Positions 53,709 through 63,840 of a DNA stretch of 64,000 bases are shown here, piece after piece. Each line of letters opens with the position of its first letter. The first letter of the stretch is position 1. The stretch is from Bacteroidota bacterium (lineage in GTDB: Bacteria; Bacteroidota; Ignavibacteria; UBA10030; UBA6906). The position numbers and the translations under genes were made by a program. The stretch spans positions 9,026 to 73,025 of the forward strand of contig DATJAS010000044.1 of assembly GCA_035516035.1 (NCBI GenBank), read 5' to 3'. The notes under the pieces were generated by a model. It saw only the letters and a list, made by a program, of their open reading frames with translations, searched no databases and was not told the origin of the DNA.

Positions 53709-53837
53709 GTCATTGCGAGCGGCGCCGCAGGCGCCGCGAAGCAATCCACCCCCCCCGTCATTGCGAGCGTTTTCCGCGAAGCGCGTTCTTTGCGTCACGC
53801 CGCCTGTGGCGCCGCAGGCGCCAATTTTTGGCGTGAC
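53709..53837. repeat. two copies of the 'gtcattgcgag...gaagcaatcc' intergenic repeat plus a GC palindrome
   Basis: Units begin at 53709 and 53757. They are followed by an inverted repeat gtcacgcc...ggcgtgac around a ggcgcc-gca-ggcgcc palindrome. Confidence 0.7.
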
Positions 53838-53892
53838 AATCTCTCCCAAAATGTCATATATTCCCACTTGACTCTCACCCACCACCTGTAAA

Positions 53893-56823
53893 TTGCGCAA
53901 GTTCCTCATAGCCTGTGCGATCGCCGGGCTCGCGCCGTCGTTTTCCCGGGCGCAGCTCTTTGACCGGGAAACCGCGCATTTGCGCCTCGTCTACTACTCG
54001 AAGGCCCACGAGTATCTCGTCCCCCACATCGTGAGCTGCTTCGAGAACGCCTATCGGTTTGAGCATAAGCTTTTCGACTACACCCCGTCGGAACGGGTCA
54101 GCGTCCTGATGCAGGATTTCGGGGACTACGCCTCGGGTGCCGCAAACACCGTCCCGTTCAACGTCATGAACATCGGCATCGCCCCGTTCAGCTACGTCTA
54201 TGAGACGATGCCCGCCGAAGAGCGGTTCAACCTGATGATGATGCACGAGATGGTCCACATCGTCACAATGGACAAGGCATCGTCACAGGACGCGTTCTTC
54301 CGGTCGTTGTTCTGCGGGAAGGTCGCGCCGATCCCGGAGCAACCCCTCTCGATGATCTACGGCTACCTCACGGGCCCCCGCTGGTATGCGCCGCGCTGGT
54401 ACGTCGAGTCCATTGCCGTCTTCATGGAGACGTGGATGGCGGGGGGGCTCGGGCGCGCGCTGGGGGCCTACGACGAGATGGTCTTCCGGACGATGGTGCG
54501 CGACTCGAGCTACATGTACGACATGGTGGGCCTGGAGGCGGAGGGGACGAAGGTGGATTTCCAGGTCGGCGCGGCGTCGTACCTCTACGGGACGCGATTT
54601 GTGAGCTACCTGGCACTGCGCTACGGTCCTGACGCGCTGCTCCGGTGGTTCATCCAGACGCGGGGAAGCGACGCAGGGTTCGCTGCGCAATTCGAGGATG
54701 TCTACCACACATCGCTGGACGACGAGTGGGGGGCCTGGATCGCGTGGGAGCATCGATGGCAGCAGGCCAACCTCGACTCGGTCCGCCGATACCCCGTGAC
54801 CGTCTGCCGGCCCGTGACGCCCGGCGCGGTCGGGTCCGTCTCCCGCTCATTTTATGACCCCATCGCACGGAGAGTCTATGTCGCGGTGAACTACCCCGGC
54901 CAGACGCCGCACATCGCGTCGCTCGACACACGCACGGGTGCCGTGGAGAACCTTCGCGAGGTGAGGGGGGGAGCCCTCTTCTACGTGACGTCCCTGGCGT
55001 TCGATCCGGCGGGCCGCACGCTGTTTTATACGGCGGACAACAATCACTGGCGCGATCTCTACGCGTACGACATCCCCTCGGGCTCGACGCGCCTCCTGAT
55101 CAAGGACGTGCGCACTGGCGATTTCGCGTTCAACAGGAAGGACCGCTCGCTCTGGGGCGTCCGCCATTTCAACGGGATATCGACGCTCGTGCGCATCCCC
55201 GCTCCCTACACGGAGTGGAACCAGGTCTTCTCGTTCGACTACGGGAAGGACATCTTCGACATCGACATCTCCCCCGACGGCGAGTCGCTTGTCGGCGCGC
55301 TCACGCACGTGGACGGGCGTCAGTTCCTGGTCAGGATGAAGACCGCCGCGCTGCTCTCGGGTAACCCGGCGTGCGACACGCTCTACGATTTCGTCAACAG
55401 CACGCCCGCCAATTTCGTCTTCTCGGAAGATGGCGCACGCCTCTATGGCAGCTCGTTCTACAGCGGCGTCTCGAATGTGGTCCGGTACGATATCGCCGCG
55501 AAAAGAATGGACTGGGTGACAAACACCGAGACGGGCCTCTTCCGGCCCCTCCCGATGGCCGGGGACTCCCTCCTGGCGTTTCATTTCACCGGGAGGGGCT
55601 TTCAGCCGGTGATGATCGCCGACAGGACCGTCACGGACGTGAGCCCGATCAGCTACCTCGGCCAGGCAGTCGTCGACAGCTTCCCCGTGCTCAGGACATG
55701 GGCGCTCCCCCCGCCGTCGGTGGTCAATCCCGATTCGGTGACGATCGCTTCCGGAGAATACCGCCCCGCAGATCACATCCGGCCCGCGTCGCTCTACCCG
55801 GTGGTTGAAGGATACAAGGTCTATCCGGCGTACGGCTTACGGTTTAACCTCTCCGACCCCCTCTCCCTTCACCGCATCGATGCGACCGCTTCGTATACGC
55901 CGAACCGGACTGTGCCGGGCGGCGAGCGGCTCCACGCGGCGTTTCACTACGACTTCTGGGAGTGGGGAGTGAACGGGAGCTACAACGGGGGGGACTTCTA
56001 CGACCTCTTCGGTCCGACGCGCCTGAGCCGGAAAGGGTCCTCCCTCGGAACGACGTACAGGGACTACTGGACGTTCGAAGACCCTGAGAAGCTTGAATTC
56101 TCTGCCGCGCTGCAGGGATACTGGGGGCTGCAGAACCTGCCCGAATACCAGAACGTGCTCGCCCCGTTTGCCACGCTCTATTCGCTCAACGCCTCTGTGA
56201 ACTACTCGCTGATGACGCGATCGCTCGGAGCGGTTGAGGAGGAGAGCGGGTACGCCTGGGAGATCGCCTCGATGAACGGGTACGTGAACGGCACGGCGTA
56301 CCCCCGCGTCTACGGGACGCTCGCCCTGGGCACGCTCCTCCCCCTGGATCATTCATCCGTCTGGCTCCGTGCCGCCACCGGCTGGTCGCCGGGCAAGAGG
56401 GAGGACCCGTTCGCGAATTTCTATTTCGGCGCATTCGGGAATAACTGGGTCGACCACGGAGATTTCCGGCGCTACCGCGAGTACTATGCCTTCCCGGGCG
56501 CCTCGCTCAACTCGATCGGCGGGACGAATTTCGGCAAGGCTCTGGTGGAATGGGTGATCTCTCCCGTGAGGTTCAGGCGGTTCGGCGGCGAGTCCTTCTA
56601 CTGCACATGGGTGCAGCTCGTGCTCTTCGGGGGAGGGGTTACGACCAACATGGACGCGCCGTCGCTTGGACAGACGGTGGTCGACGCCGGTGCGCAGGCC
56701 GACTTCCGCCTTGTGCTCTTCTCCGCGCTCGAGTCGACGTTCTCCCTGGGCTGGGCGGCGGCCGCCGAGAAGGATGAGCGGCTGACGCGTGAGTTCATGG
56801 CCTCCCTGAAGATCCTGCGCTGA
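53893..56823 (+). CDS. large secreted protein with N-terminal HExxH (putative zinc peptidase, MA-clan-like) region and TolB-like beta-propeller
   Basis: Signal peptide MRKFLIACAIAGLAPSFSRAQ. HEMVH at about residue 115. The middle region has propeller-like repeats (DxSPDG..., FSEDGARLYG). Length is 976 aa. Confidence 0.45.
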   Translation: MRKFLIACAIAGLAPSFSRAQLFDRETAHLRLVYYSKAHEYLVPHIVSCFENAYRFEHKLFDYTPSERVSVLMQDFGDYASGAANTVPFNVMNIGIAPFSYVYETMPAEERFNLMMMHEMVHIVTMDKASSQDAFFRSLFCGKVAPIPEQPLSMIYGYLTGPRWYAPRWYVESIAVFMETWMAGGLGRALGAYDEMVFRTMVRDSSYMYDMVGLEAEGTKVDFQVGAASYLYGTRFVSYLALRYGPDALLRWFIQTRGSDAGFAAQFEDVYHTSLDDEWGAWIAWEHRWQQANLDSVRRYPVTVCRPVTPGAVGSVSRSFYDPIARRVYVAVNYPGQTPHIASLDTRTGAVENLREVRGGALFYVTSLAFDPAGRTLFYTADNNHWRDLYAYDIPSGSTRLLIKDVRTGDFAFNRKDRSLWGVRHFNGISTLVRIPAPYTEWNQVFSFDYGKDIFDIDISPDGESLVGALTHVDGRQFLVRMKTAALLSGNPACDTLYDFVNSTPANFVFSEDGARLYGSSFYSGVSNVVRYDIAAKRMDWVTNTETGLFRPLPMAGDSLLAFHFTGRGFQPVMIADRTVTDVSPISYLGQAVVDSFPVLRTWALPPPSVVNPDSVTIASGEYRPADHIRPASLYPVVEGYKVYPAYGLRFNLSDPLSLHRIDATASYTPNRTVPGGERLHAAFHYDFWEWGVNGSYNGGDFYDLFGPTRLSRKGSSLGTTYRDYWTFEDPEKLEFSAALQGYWGLQNLPEYQNVLAPFATLYSLNASVNYSLMTRSLGAVEEESGYAWEIASMNGYVNGTAYPRVYGTLALGTLLPLDHSSVWLRAATGWSPGKREDPFANFYFGAFGNNWVDHGDFRRYREYYAFPGASLNSIGGTNFGKALVEWVISPVRFRRFGGESFYCTWVQLVLFGGGVTTNMDAPSLGQTVVDAGAQADFRLVLFSALESTFSLGWAAAAEKDERLTREFMASLKILR

Positions 56824-56842
56824 GGGAAGGGAGCCCCGCATC

Positions 56843-57832
56843 ATGGAGTTTCTCCTCGGCCTCGTTCCCGTCTGCGTGTTCCTGGGAGCCCTCTTCCTCT
56901 TCGACAGCTACAAGCTCGCGCCGCCCCGGGCGGTCTTTGTCGCGATGGCCGCCGGCGGCGTTGCCGCGGGCATCGCCTATCCCCTCAACGCGCTCCTGAT
57001 GAGCTCCACCGGCATCGGGATCGCTTCGTTCACACGCTACGTTGCGCCGTTCGTCGAGGAATCTCTTAAGGCTGCGTTCCTTGTCTACATACTCGCCACG
57101 CGCCGGACCGGGTTCCTCGTTGATACAGCCATCGAAGGGTTTGCAATCGGCGCCGGGTTTTCCCTCGTGGAGAACATCTCCTATGTCGCCTCGCTCGGTT
57201 CGCACAGCGCGCTCCTCTGGCTTGTGAGGGGCTTCGGCACTGCGATGATGCACGGCGCCGCCACGAGCATTGCCGGGATCGTGGGGAAGGTCATGTCCGA
57301 CCGCGCCGGCGGGGCGGGTGTGGCCACGCTCCTCCCGGGGGTGTTCCTTGCGATCGTCATTCACTCGGCATTCAATCACTTCTTTATCCCGGCGGTGGCG
57401 ACGACGATGCTGATCGTGCTGCTGCTGCCGATCCTGATGTCAATTGTCTTCGCCCGGAGCGAGGACGCCACGCGCCGGTGGCTCGGCGTCGGCTTCGATA
57501 CCGACCGGGACCTGCTGGAAATGATCTCCAGCGGGGGCGTCGCCGGGACGCGTATCGGGCAATACCTCCACGCGCTCCAGACGCGCTTCCCTGGCGAGAT
57601 ACTTGCCGATATGCTCTGCGTGCTCCGCCTGCGGCTGGAGCTTTCCGTGCAGGCCAAGGGTCTGCTCCTGATGCGCGAAGCGGGCTTCGAAATCCCTCCG
57701 GATACTGAGGTCAAGGCGAAGTTCGACGAATTGCACTACCTGCGCAAGTCCATTGGTCCCACCGGCATGCTTGTCCTGCAGCCGTTTCTCCACACCTCGG
57801 AAGAGCAACTCGCGCGGATTTTACGCGTATAA
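56843..57832 (+). CDS. prsW: PrsW-family intramembrane glutamic protease
   Basis: Conserved PrsW motifs EESLKAAF (EExxK), FSLVENISY (FxxxE) and HGAATSIAG (HxxxxA) in a polytopic membrane protein. Confidence 0.65.
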   Translation: MEFLLGLVPVCVFLGALFLFDSYKLAPPRAVFVAMAAGGVAAGIAYPLNALLMSSTGIGIASFTRYVAPFVEESLKAAFLVYILATRRTGFLVDTAIEGFAIGAGFSLVENISYVASLGSHSALLWLVRGFGTAMMHGAATSIAGIVGKVMSDRAGGAGVATLLPGVFLAIVIHSAFNHFFIPAVATTMLIVLLLPILMSIVFARSEDATRRWLGVGFDTDRDLLEMISSGGVAGTRIGQYLHALQTRFPGEILADMLCVLRLRLELSVQAKGLLLMREAGFEIPPDTEVKAKFDELHYLRKSIGPTGMLVLQPFLHTSEEQLARILRV

Positions 57833-57904
57833 TCCGTTGACATTCGGCGGCAACTTTCGTACATGTGATGGGAATACTGTTCTCTCACACACCTCCCCCG
57901 CGCC

Positions 57905-58666
57905 ATGTTCATGCGCACCGTACATCTGCGGCTCGATCCCAACCGCATCCTGGAAATGCGCCAGATGTACACCGGTGTAATTATCGGCGAGCTTGCGCGG
58001 ACGCGTGGCTGCCTCTACGCCGGTCTCCTGCAGAGCGTTGACGATCCCGAAGTTGGCATTTCGCTCACGCTCTGGAGCGGACCCGCCGATGCCGATGCCT
58101 ACGAACGGAGCGGCGCGTATGCGCGCCTCTGGGATCAGTCCCGTCCGTATCTTGCCGCAACGCCCGATTGGACAGTGCATCTCACGGATGACCTGCAGCT
58201 CCAGTACTCCCCGGTCGATGAGGCGCCCCTCGTCTCCCGTTATGAATCCCCCGGACCCGCAGACACGTCAGGGTTTTCCGCGGAAGGGAAGGGACGGTTC
58301 TACCTTCGCCTCCTCTCGCTCCACGTGAGGAGCGGCATGCTCGAAGAGTTCAGCGAGCTGTACAGGAATGAGATCATTCCCGGCCTCCGCAAGATCGCCG
58401 GGTGCCGCTCCGCGTTCCTCTCCGGTGAGAAGGGGGATCCCCGGCGACTGATTTCCGTGACGATCTGGAACTCGAGGGCCGAGGCGGAGGAGTACGAACG
58501 CAATGGCGCATTCAGTGCGCTGAGCGAACGGGTCGCGTTCACGCTCGAGAATTCCGACCGTTGGAAAGCCGGAACGCAAAAGGTCGACCGCGCCGTCGCA
58601 AGCGACGACATGGCTGCAACGGGATACACGCTCATTGTCGGCCGGGCGCTCGCCCCGCAGGGATGA
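57905..58666 (+). CDS. tandem ABM (antibiotic biosynthesis monooxygenase / Dabb-like) domain protein
   Basis: Two internal repeats: ISLTLWSGPADADAYERSGAYARLW and VTIWNSRAEAEEYERNGAFSAL. Confidence 0.55.
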   Translation: MFMRTVHLRLDPNRILEMRQMYTGVIIGELARTRGCLYAGLLQSVDDPEVGISLTLWSGPADADAYERSGAYARLWDQSRPYLAATPDWTVHLTDDLQLQYSPVDEAPLVSRYESPGPADTSGFSAEGKGRFYLRLLSLHVRSGMLEEFSELYRNEIIPGLRKIAGCRSAFLSGEKGDPRRLISVTIWNSRAEAEEYERNGAFSALSERVAFTLENSDRWKAGTQKVDRAVASDDMAATGYTLIVGRALAPQG

Positions 58667-58692
58667 CTGCTCTTGTATTCCAAGGAGGTTGC

Positions 58693-60045
58693 ATGAAGAA
58701 GATCCTGGTGCTCCTTATCATTTCGTCGTCGCTCGCTCTGGCCGGCGGGACGAGAATCACCGTCCCCTACACACGGTTCACGCTCCCCGACGGTCTCGAC
58801 GTTATACTGCATGAGGACCACAGCGTTCCCACGATCAGCGTCAATCTCTGGTACCACGTCGGCTCGGCGCGCGAGAAGCCGGGACGTACCGGGTTCGCGC
58901 ACCTCTTCGAGCATATCATGTTCATGGGCTCGAAGGATGCGCCCGAAGGGAAGTTCGACGAGTGGCTGGAGGCGGCCGGCGGCGACAACAATGCAACCAC
59001 GTCGACGGACAGGACGGACTACTACGAGAACGTCCCGAGCAACGCGCTCGATCTTCCGCTCTTCCTGGAGTCGGACAGAATGGGACATCTCCTGGAGACG
59101 ATGACGCCCGCGAAGGTAGACGCCCAGCGGGCCGTGGTAAAGAACGAGAGGCGGCAGAGCTACGAGAACAGGCCCTACGGCATGGCGTCGATGCTGCTTG
59201 TCGACAGCCTCTATCCTCCCGATCATCCGTATCACTGGCTGCCGATCGGCTCGATGGCGGATCTCTCCGCTGCCACGTTTGCCGATGTGCAGCAGTTCTT
59301 CAAGACGTATTATTTGCCGAACAACGCCAGCCTGGTGATCGCAGGAGATATCGACCCGGCGAAAACGAAGGCCCGCGTGGAATACTGGTTCAGCGACGTG
59401 AAGGCCGGTCCCCGTGTTCCCCCCCAGCCGGTACCCGTGGCATCCCTGTCGTCGGAACGGCGGATCGTCTATGAAGACAAGGTCCAGCTTCCCCGACTAT
59501 ACATGGCCTGGTTGACGCCTCGGTGGTTTGACCCCGGGGATGCGGAGCTGGACCTTCTGGCGAGCGTCCTTGCGGGAGGAAAGAACTCACGTCTCTACAA
59601 GCGGCTCGTGTATGACATGCAGATCGCGCAGGACGTCACTGCGTATGAAGCCTCGCTCCCCCTTGGCTCGACGTTCAGGATCGTGGTGACCGCTCGAAGC
59701 GGCCACACGCTCACGGAGATCGAACGCGTGGTCCAGGAGGAGATCGACAGGGTCAAGCGTGAGCCCCCGACGCAGCACGAGCTCGAGCGTGCGGTGAACC
59801 AGTACGAGGCGTCGTTTCTCGATCGGCTTGAAAGCATCCCCGGGAAGGCTGACCAGCTCAACGAGTACGTGACATCCACCGGGAATCCCGACTACTTCAA
59901 CGAGGACCTTGCGCGCTATAAGGCGATCGATGCCCGGGGGCTGCAGGCCATGGCGCAGACATGGCTCCCGGACGATGGAAGGGTCATCCTGAGCATCGTG
60001 CCGACCGGTCGGAAGGACCTTGCCGCACAAAAGGAGGGCCGGTGA
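58693..60045 (+). CDS. M16-family zinc peptidase (insulinase/pitrilysin-like), catalytic subunit
   Basis: AAGGAGG RBS. Signal peptide MKKILVLLIISSSLALAG. Inverted zinc motif HLFEHIMFMGS (HxxEH) with a downstream E. Confidence 0.8.
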   Translation: MKKILVLLIISSSLALAGGTRITVPYTRFTLPDGLDVILHEDHSVPTISVNLWYHVGSAREKPGRTGFAHLFEHIMFMGSKDAPEGKFDEWLEAAGGDNNATTSTDRTDYYENVPSNALDLPLFLESDRMGHLLETMTPAKVDAQRAVVKNERRQSYENRPYGMASMLLVDSLYPPDHPYHWLPIGSMADLSAATFADVQQFFKTYYLPNNASLVIAGDIDPAKTKARVEYWFSDVKAGPRVPPQPVPVASLSSERRIVYEDKVQLPRLYMAWLTPRWFDPGDAELDLLASVLAGGKNSRLYKRLVYDMQIAQDVTAYEASLPLGSTFRIVVTARSGHTLTEIERVVQEEIDRVKREPPTQHELERAVNQYEASFLDRLESIPGKADQLNEYVTSTGNPDYFNEDLARYKAIDARGLQAMAQTWLPDDGRVILSIVPTGRKDLAAQKEGR

Positions 60046-61496
60046 TGAAACGCATTCTCTGTGCGGTTGCACTCGTCGCGACGATCCTCCCGTTCTCACT
60101 TAATGCACAGCCTGACAGAAGCGGCCCACCGCCCCTCGGACCGCCGCCGTCACTCAGGCTTCCGCCGATTCAGCACCTCTCCCTCGCGAACGGCATCCGC
60201 GTGCTCCTGATGGAAAAGCACGAGGTTCCACTGGTCCAGGTGAATATGGTCATCCGCGGCGGGGCCATTATGGATCCTCCCGGAAAGACCGGGCTCGCAA
60301 GCATGACCGCGGCAATGCTGACCGAAGGGGCGGGCAGGAGAAACTCGCTCCAGTTCGCGGACGCGGTGGACTTCCTGGGGGCGGATATCTCGGCCTCTTC
60401 CGGGACCAGCTTCATGTGGATCGCGCTCCACACGCCGCTGGAGAGACTGGACTCCGCTCTCGCGCTCTTTGCCGATGTTATCCGGCGGCCTCTCTTCCCG
60501 CCCGAAGAGCTTGAGAGGAATCGAAAGGAGAGGCTCACGTCCCTGATCGAAGCTCGCGAACAACCGCAGACGCTTGCCTCCGTGCTCTTCAACCGGACGT
60601 TGTACGGCGACCACCCCTATGGCCGCATGAATGGCGGAAACGCCACGTCGCTCGCCTCAATGACCGCGGACGACCTGAGGAAATTCCACGACGGCGTCAT
60701 CGTCCCCGCCAGCGCCACGATTATCGTCGTGGGAGACGTGACCCCTGCGGAAATGATGCCGAAACTCGAGGGCGCTTTTGGAGACTGGAAGGGGGAGGCG
60801 GCCGCGCCCCCTTCCTTGCCCCCCATCAACCAGCTTCCTGAGAAGACGCTTCTCTTCGTCGACAAGCCGGGGGCTGCGCAGTCGGTCATCGACATCGGCC
60901 GCGTGGGCGTGCCCCGCCTCACGGACGACTATTATGCGATCGTCGTGATGAATACGATTCTTGGCGGTTCATTCACATCGCGGCTGAACATGAATCTCCG
61001 GGAGAAACACGGCTATACATACGGGGCGGGATCCCAGTTTGATTTCCTGCCGATGGCCGGGCCGTTTGTCGCGAGAGCGTCTGTCCAGACCGCGGTCACC
61101 GACAGCGCGCTCGTGGAATTCATGAAGGAACTCAAGGGGATCCGGGATCCCATCCCCGCATCCGACGTTGAGCGGGCGAGGAACTATGTCGCTCTCGGGT
61201 TTCCTGCAAGTTTTCAGTCGGTCGCCGAGGTTGCCGCGCAGCTCGGGGAGCTGGTGATCTACAATCTTCCCGACGACTACTTCAACAGGTACATCGACAG
61301 GATCCTCGCCGTGACAAAGGCCGACGTCGAGCGAGTCGCCCGCAAGTATATCGACGCGAACGACATGGCGATCATCATCGTGGGAGACAGGAAGGAAGTG
61401 GGGGAGAGCGTGAGAAAGCTGAACCTGGCGCCCGCGAAATTCCTCACTGTGGAAGACGTCCTGGGTCCCGCTCCAGTGGTGGAGGGAGGGAAATGA
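60045..61496 (+). CDS. M16-family peptidase, non-catalytic partner subunit
   Basis: Signal peptide MKRILCAVALVATILPF. M16 fold but no HxxEH motif. Start ATG overlaps the upstream TGA (gTGATGa). Confidence 0.7.
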   Translation: MKRILCAVALVATILPFSLNAQPDRSGPPPLGPPPSLRLPPIQHLSLANGIRVLLMEKHEVPLVQVNMVIRGGAIMDPPGKTGLASMTAAMLTEGAGRRNSLQFADAVDFLGADISASSGTSFMWIALHTPLERLDSALALFADVIRRPLFPPEELERNRKERLTSLIEAREQPQTLASVLFNRTLYGDHPYGRMNGGNATSLASMTADDLRKFHDGVIVPASATIIVVGDVTPAEMMPKLEGAFGDWKGEAAAPPSLPPINQLPEKTLLFVDKPGAAQSVIDIGRVGVPRLTDDYYAIVVMNTILGGSFTSRLNMNLREKHGYTYGAGSQFDFLPMAGPFVARASVQTAVTDSALVEFMKELKGIRDPIPASDVERARNYVALGFPASFQSVAEVAAQLGELVIYNLPDDYFNRYIDRILAVTKADVERVARKYIDANDMAIIIVGDRKEVGESVRKLNLAPAKFLTVEDVLGPAPVVEGGK

Positions 61497-61499
61497 GGA

Positions 61500-62204
61500 A
61501 TGGCGGCTGACAGTCTCGCCAGGCTCCGGCGGGACGTCGTCGCCTGCCGCAAGTGCCCCCGGCTTGTTCGCTGGAGAGAGGATATCGCGCGCCGGAAAGT
61601 CCGGCGATTTGCCGGCGAGACCTACTGGGGGAAACCGAATCCCGGGTTTGGCGATCCTGAGGCGAAGCTCCTTCTCGTCGGACTAGCGCCGGCGGCACAC
61701 GGCGGGAACCGCACGGGTCGAATGTTCACGGGAGACGAAAGCGGCAACTGGCTATTCCGTGCCCTCTATGAAGCCGGGTTCGCGAGCCAGGCGGAATCTA
61801 CATCACGCAACGACGGGCTCACGCTGAAGGGGTGCTACATCACGGCGACATGCCGCTGCGCCCCGCCCCAGAACAAGCTTCTCCCCGCCGAGATCAGGAA
61901 CTGCAGGCCGTTTCTCCACCGCGAAATCCTGCTGTTGAAGAACGTCCGTGTGGTCGTCGGGCTCGGCCGGATCGGGTTTGACACCGCACTGACTTCATTC
62001 AGCGAGCTCGGCCTGATCGAATACAAAAAGAGGCCCGCCTTCGGCCACGGCGCGCGCTATCGGATCGGCCCCTACACGTTCATCGCCTCGTTCCATCCCA
62101 GCCAGCAGAACACGTTCACCGGCAGGCTCACACGCTCGATGCTGAACCGCGTATTTCGATCCGCCCGGGAGTCGCTGGAACATTTTCGGACCCCGGGAGT
62201 ATAA
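61500..62204 (+). CDS. uracil-DNA glycosylase, family 4/5 (4Fe-4S UDG)
   Basis: CRKCPRL Cys cluster start, GEAPG-equivalent GLAPAAHGG, and FTGDESG motif. Confidence 0.75.
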   Translation: MAADSLARLRRDVVACRKCPRLVRWREDIARRKVRRFAGETYWGKPNPGFGDPEAKLLLVGLAPAAHGGNRTGRMFTGDESGNWLFRALYEAGFASQAESTSRNDGLTLKGCYITATCRCAPPQNKLLPAEIRNCRPFLHREILLLKNVRVVVGLGRIGFDTALTSFSELGLIEYKKRPAFGHGARYRIGPYTFIASFHPSQQNTFTGRLTRSMLNRVFRSARESLEHFRTPGV

Positions 62205-62530
62205 TGGGCATGATACTCCTCTTCGTGTTCCTCCTGATCGCCGGTCCTTATAACCAGCCCGCGCAGGAGAAAATCGTCATCCAGGATGTGATCGTGCCAG
62301 ACTCAGCCAGGGCGGACATTTCGCCTAAGGTCGACACACAGCGCATCGCGAGGAACTGGCGGAAACTCAGGAAAGGAATGTCTTACCGCGAGGTGAAGTC
62401 GCTTATGGGGTCTCCAAACGGCATTGCCTGCTCTGTGTATGACTTTAGCACCACGTTGCACTATGGGGGTTACTACATCGTCTTTGACAATATCAAGAAT
62501 TCGGTGAGATGGTGGTCGCCGAAGGAATAA
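62204..62530 (+). CDS. small exported protein, BamE/SmpA_OmlA-like
   Basis: N-terminal hydrophobic segment. KLRKGMSYREVKSLMGSPNG resembles the SmpA_OmlA GMTxxQVxxLLGxP motif. Confidence 0.35.
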   Translation: MGMILLFVFLLIAGPYNQPAQEKIVIQDVIVPDSARADISPKVDTQRIARNWRKLRKGMSYREVKSLMGSPNGIACSVYDFSTTLHYGGYYIVFDNIKNSVRWWSPKE

Positions 62531-62662
62531 ATAGCTTTCCGCTAATAAGTTTGTCGGACCAGCTTCAGAAGTGTTGAGCCCGACTCAGATTTGAATAGCG
62601 CGCCGCAGTTTCGTATCTTCTGCACTTGGTAGTCCCGTCCCACTCAGCATCCCTGCCACCTC

Positions 62663-63754
62663 GTGGGTAAACTTGCGCTTGTACTTTCAGGGGGGGGCGC
62701 CCGCGGCGCATTTCAGGCCGGGGCACTCGTCGAACTGTTAGGATTTTTTGAAAGGACCGGGAGGAGGATCAACATCCTCTCCGGCACATCAGTCGGCGCG
62801 CTGAACGGGATGAGCATCGCCCAGGCGGCGGACCTTACGGATGCACGCCGCGAGATCGAGCGCCAGTGGAAGCAGCTCACCAACCCTGACGTCTACAAAA
62901 TCCGCGGCTGGGGGATATTCGGGCTTATGCTGAAATTCGCCACAACGCGGATGGACCGGTGGCCCTTCGTCCACGGCGTCGATTCCATTTTCGACAACAC
63001 CCCCCTCTACAACCGGTACGTCAAGAACTACTTCCGCCACGACATGGTGAAAGCGAAGCGGACGGTTGATGAGTTCTACGTCTCACTCAGCTCTCTCAAC
63101 ACCGGGGCGGCGTACGTCAGGTCGATCACCGACGAGCCCGACACACACAAGGCCATGGAATACATCATGGCCTCCACAATTACCACGGTGGCGTACCCAC
63201 CGGTCGAAACCATCGTGGAGGATCCGCGGGTCCCCCCGGCGCTGCGGAACCTGAAGCAGTTGTACGCCGACGGCGGCATCTCGAACAAGACACCCATCAA
63301 GAGCGTCCTCCAGCTCGGGGGTGTAAGCGAGCTGTACGTAGTCAACACGTATCCTTCATACCCCAATATCACTGAGCACAGCATACGGGCGGTATTTCCG
63401 AACGTATTCTCGATGCTCATGCGCACGGCGCTCGAGCTTCTGCCGAATCTCTATTTCCTTCGCGACATGGACACCGTCAAAGATGTGAACAACGATCTCG
63501 AAGCATTCGGGAAGCTCCGTGCCGTGGTGCTGGACTCCGTTCCGGTGGAACAGAGGAAGGGAATCGAGGAGGTATTCGACGCCGCGTCAGAACATTTCTC
63601 GTTCAAAGAAGGGGGGAAGCAGGTGATCAACCCCGTGATCATTGCCCCCGATGAAGAGCTTCCCGTCCAGGACACCGAGTTCGTTCAGCCCAAGCTCGGC
63701 GAAACCTTCGAGATGGGCCGCGCCAAGGCGCGACTGATCCTCGGGCTGAACTAA
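62663..63754 (+). CDS. patatin-like phospholipase
   Basis: Oxyanion hole LVLSGGGARGAFQAG and nucleophile elbow GTSVGALNG (GxSxG), with a downstream DGG. Confidence 0.8.
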   Translation: MGKLALVLSGGGARGAFQAGALVELLGFFERTGRRINILSGTSVGALNGMSIAQAADLTDARREIERQWKQLTNPDVYKIRGWGIFGLMLKFATTRMDRWPFVHGVDSIFDNTPLYNRYVKNYFRHDMVKAKRTVDEFYVSLSSLNTGAAYVRSITDEPDTHKAMEYIMASTITTVAYPPVETIVEDPRVPPALRNLKQLYADGGISNKTPIKSVLQLGGVSELYVVNTYPSYPNITEHSIRAVFPNVFSMLMRTALELLPNLYFLRDMDTVKDVNNDLEAFGKLRAVVLDSVPVEQRKGIEEVFDAASEHFSFKEGGKQVINPVIIAPDEELPVQDTEFVQPKLGETFEMGRAKARLILGLN

Positions 63755-63768
63755 GTCTGTCATTGCGA

Positions 63769-63840
63769 GCGAAGCGAAGCAATCTGACGCCATGGTCATT
63801 GCGAGTCTAGGACCACGCCGCTCTTAGGCGTGGCAGTCTC
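63769..63840. repeat. two copies of the 'gtcattgcgag...' repeat plus a hairpin (ccacgcc...ggcgtgg)
   Basis: Units at 63769 (gtcattgcgagcgaagcgaagcaatc) and 63795 (gtcattgcgag). They sit downstream of the patatin gene. Confidence 0.7.

Noticed and set aside
58561-58692. 44-codon extension upstream of the M16 peptidase
   Set aside because: Arg-rich. A strong AAGGAGG RBS and signal peptide start at 58693.
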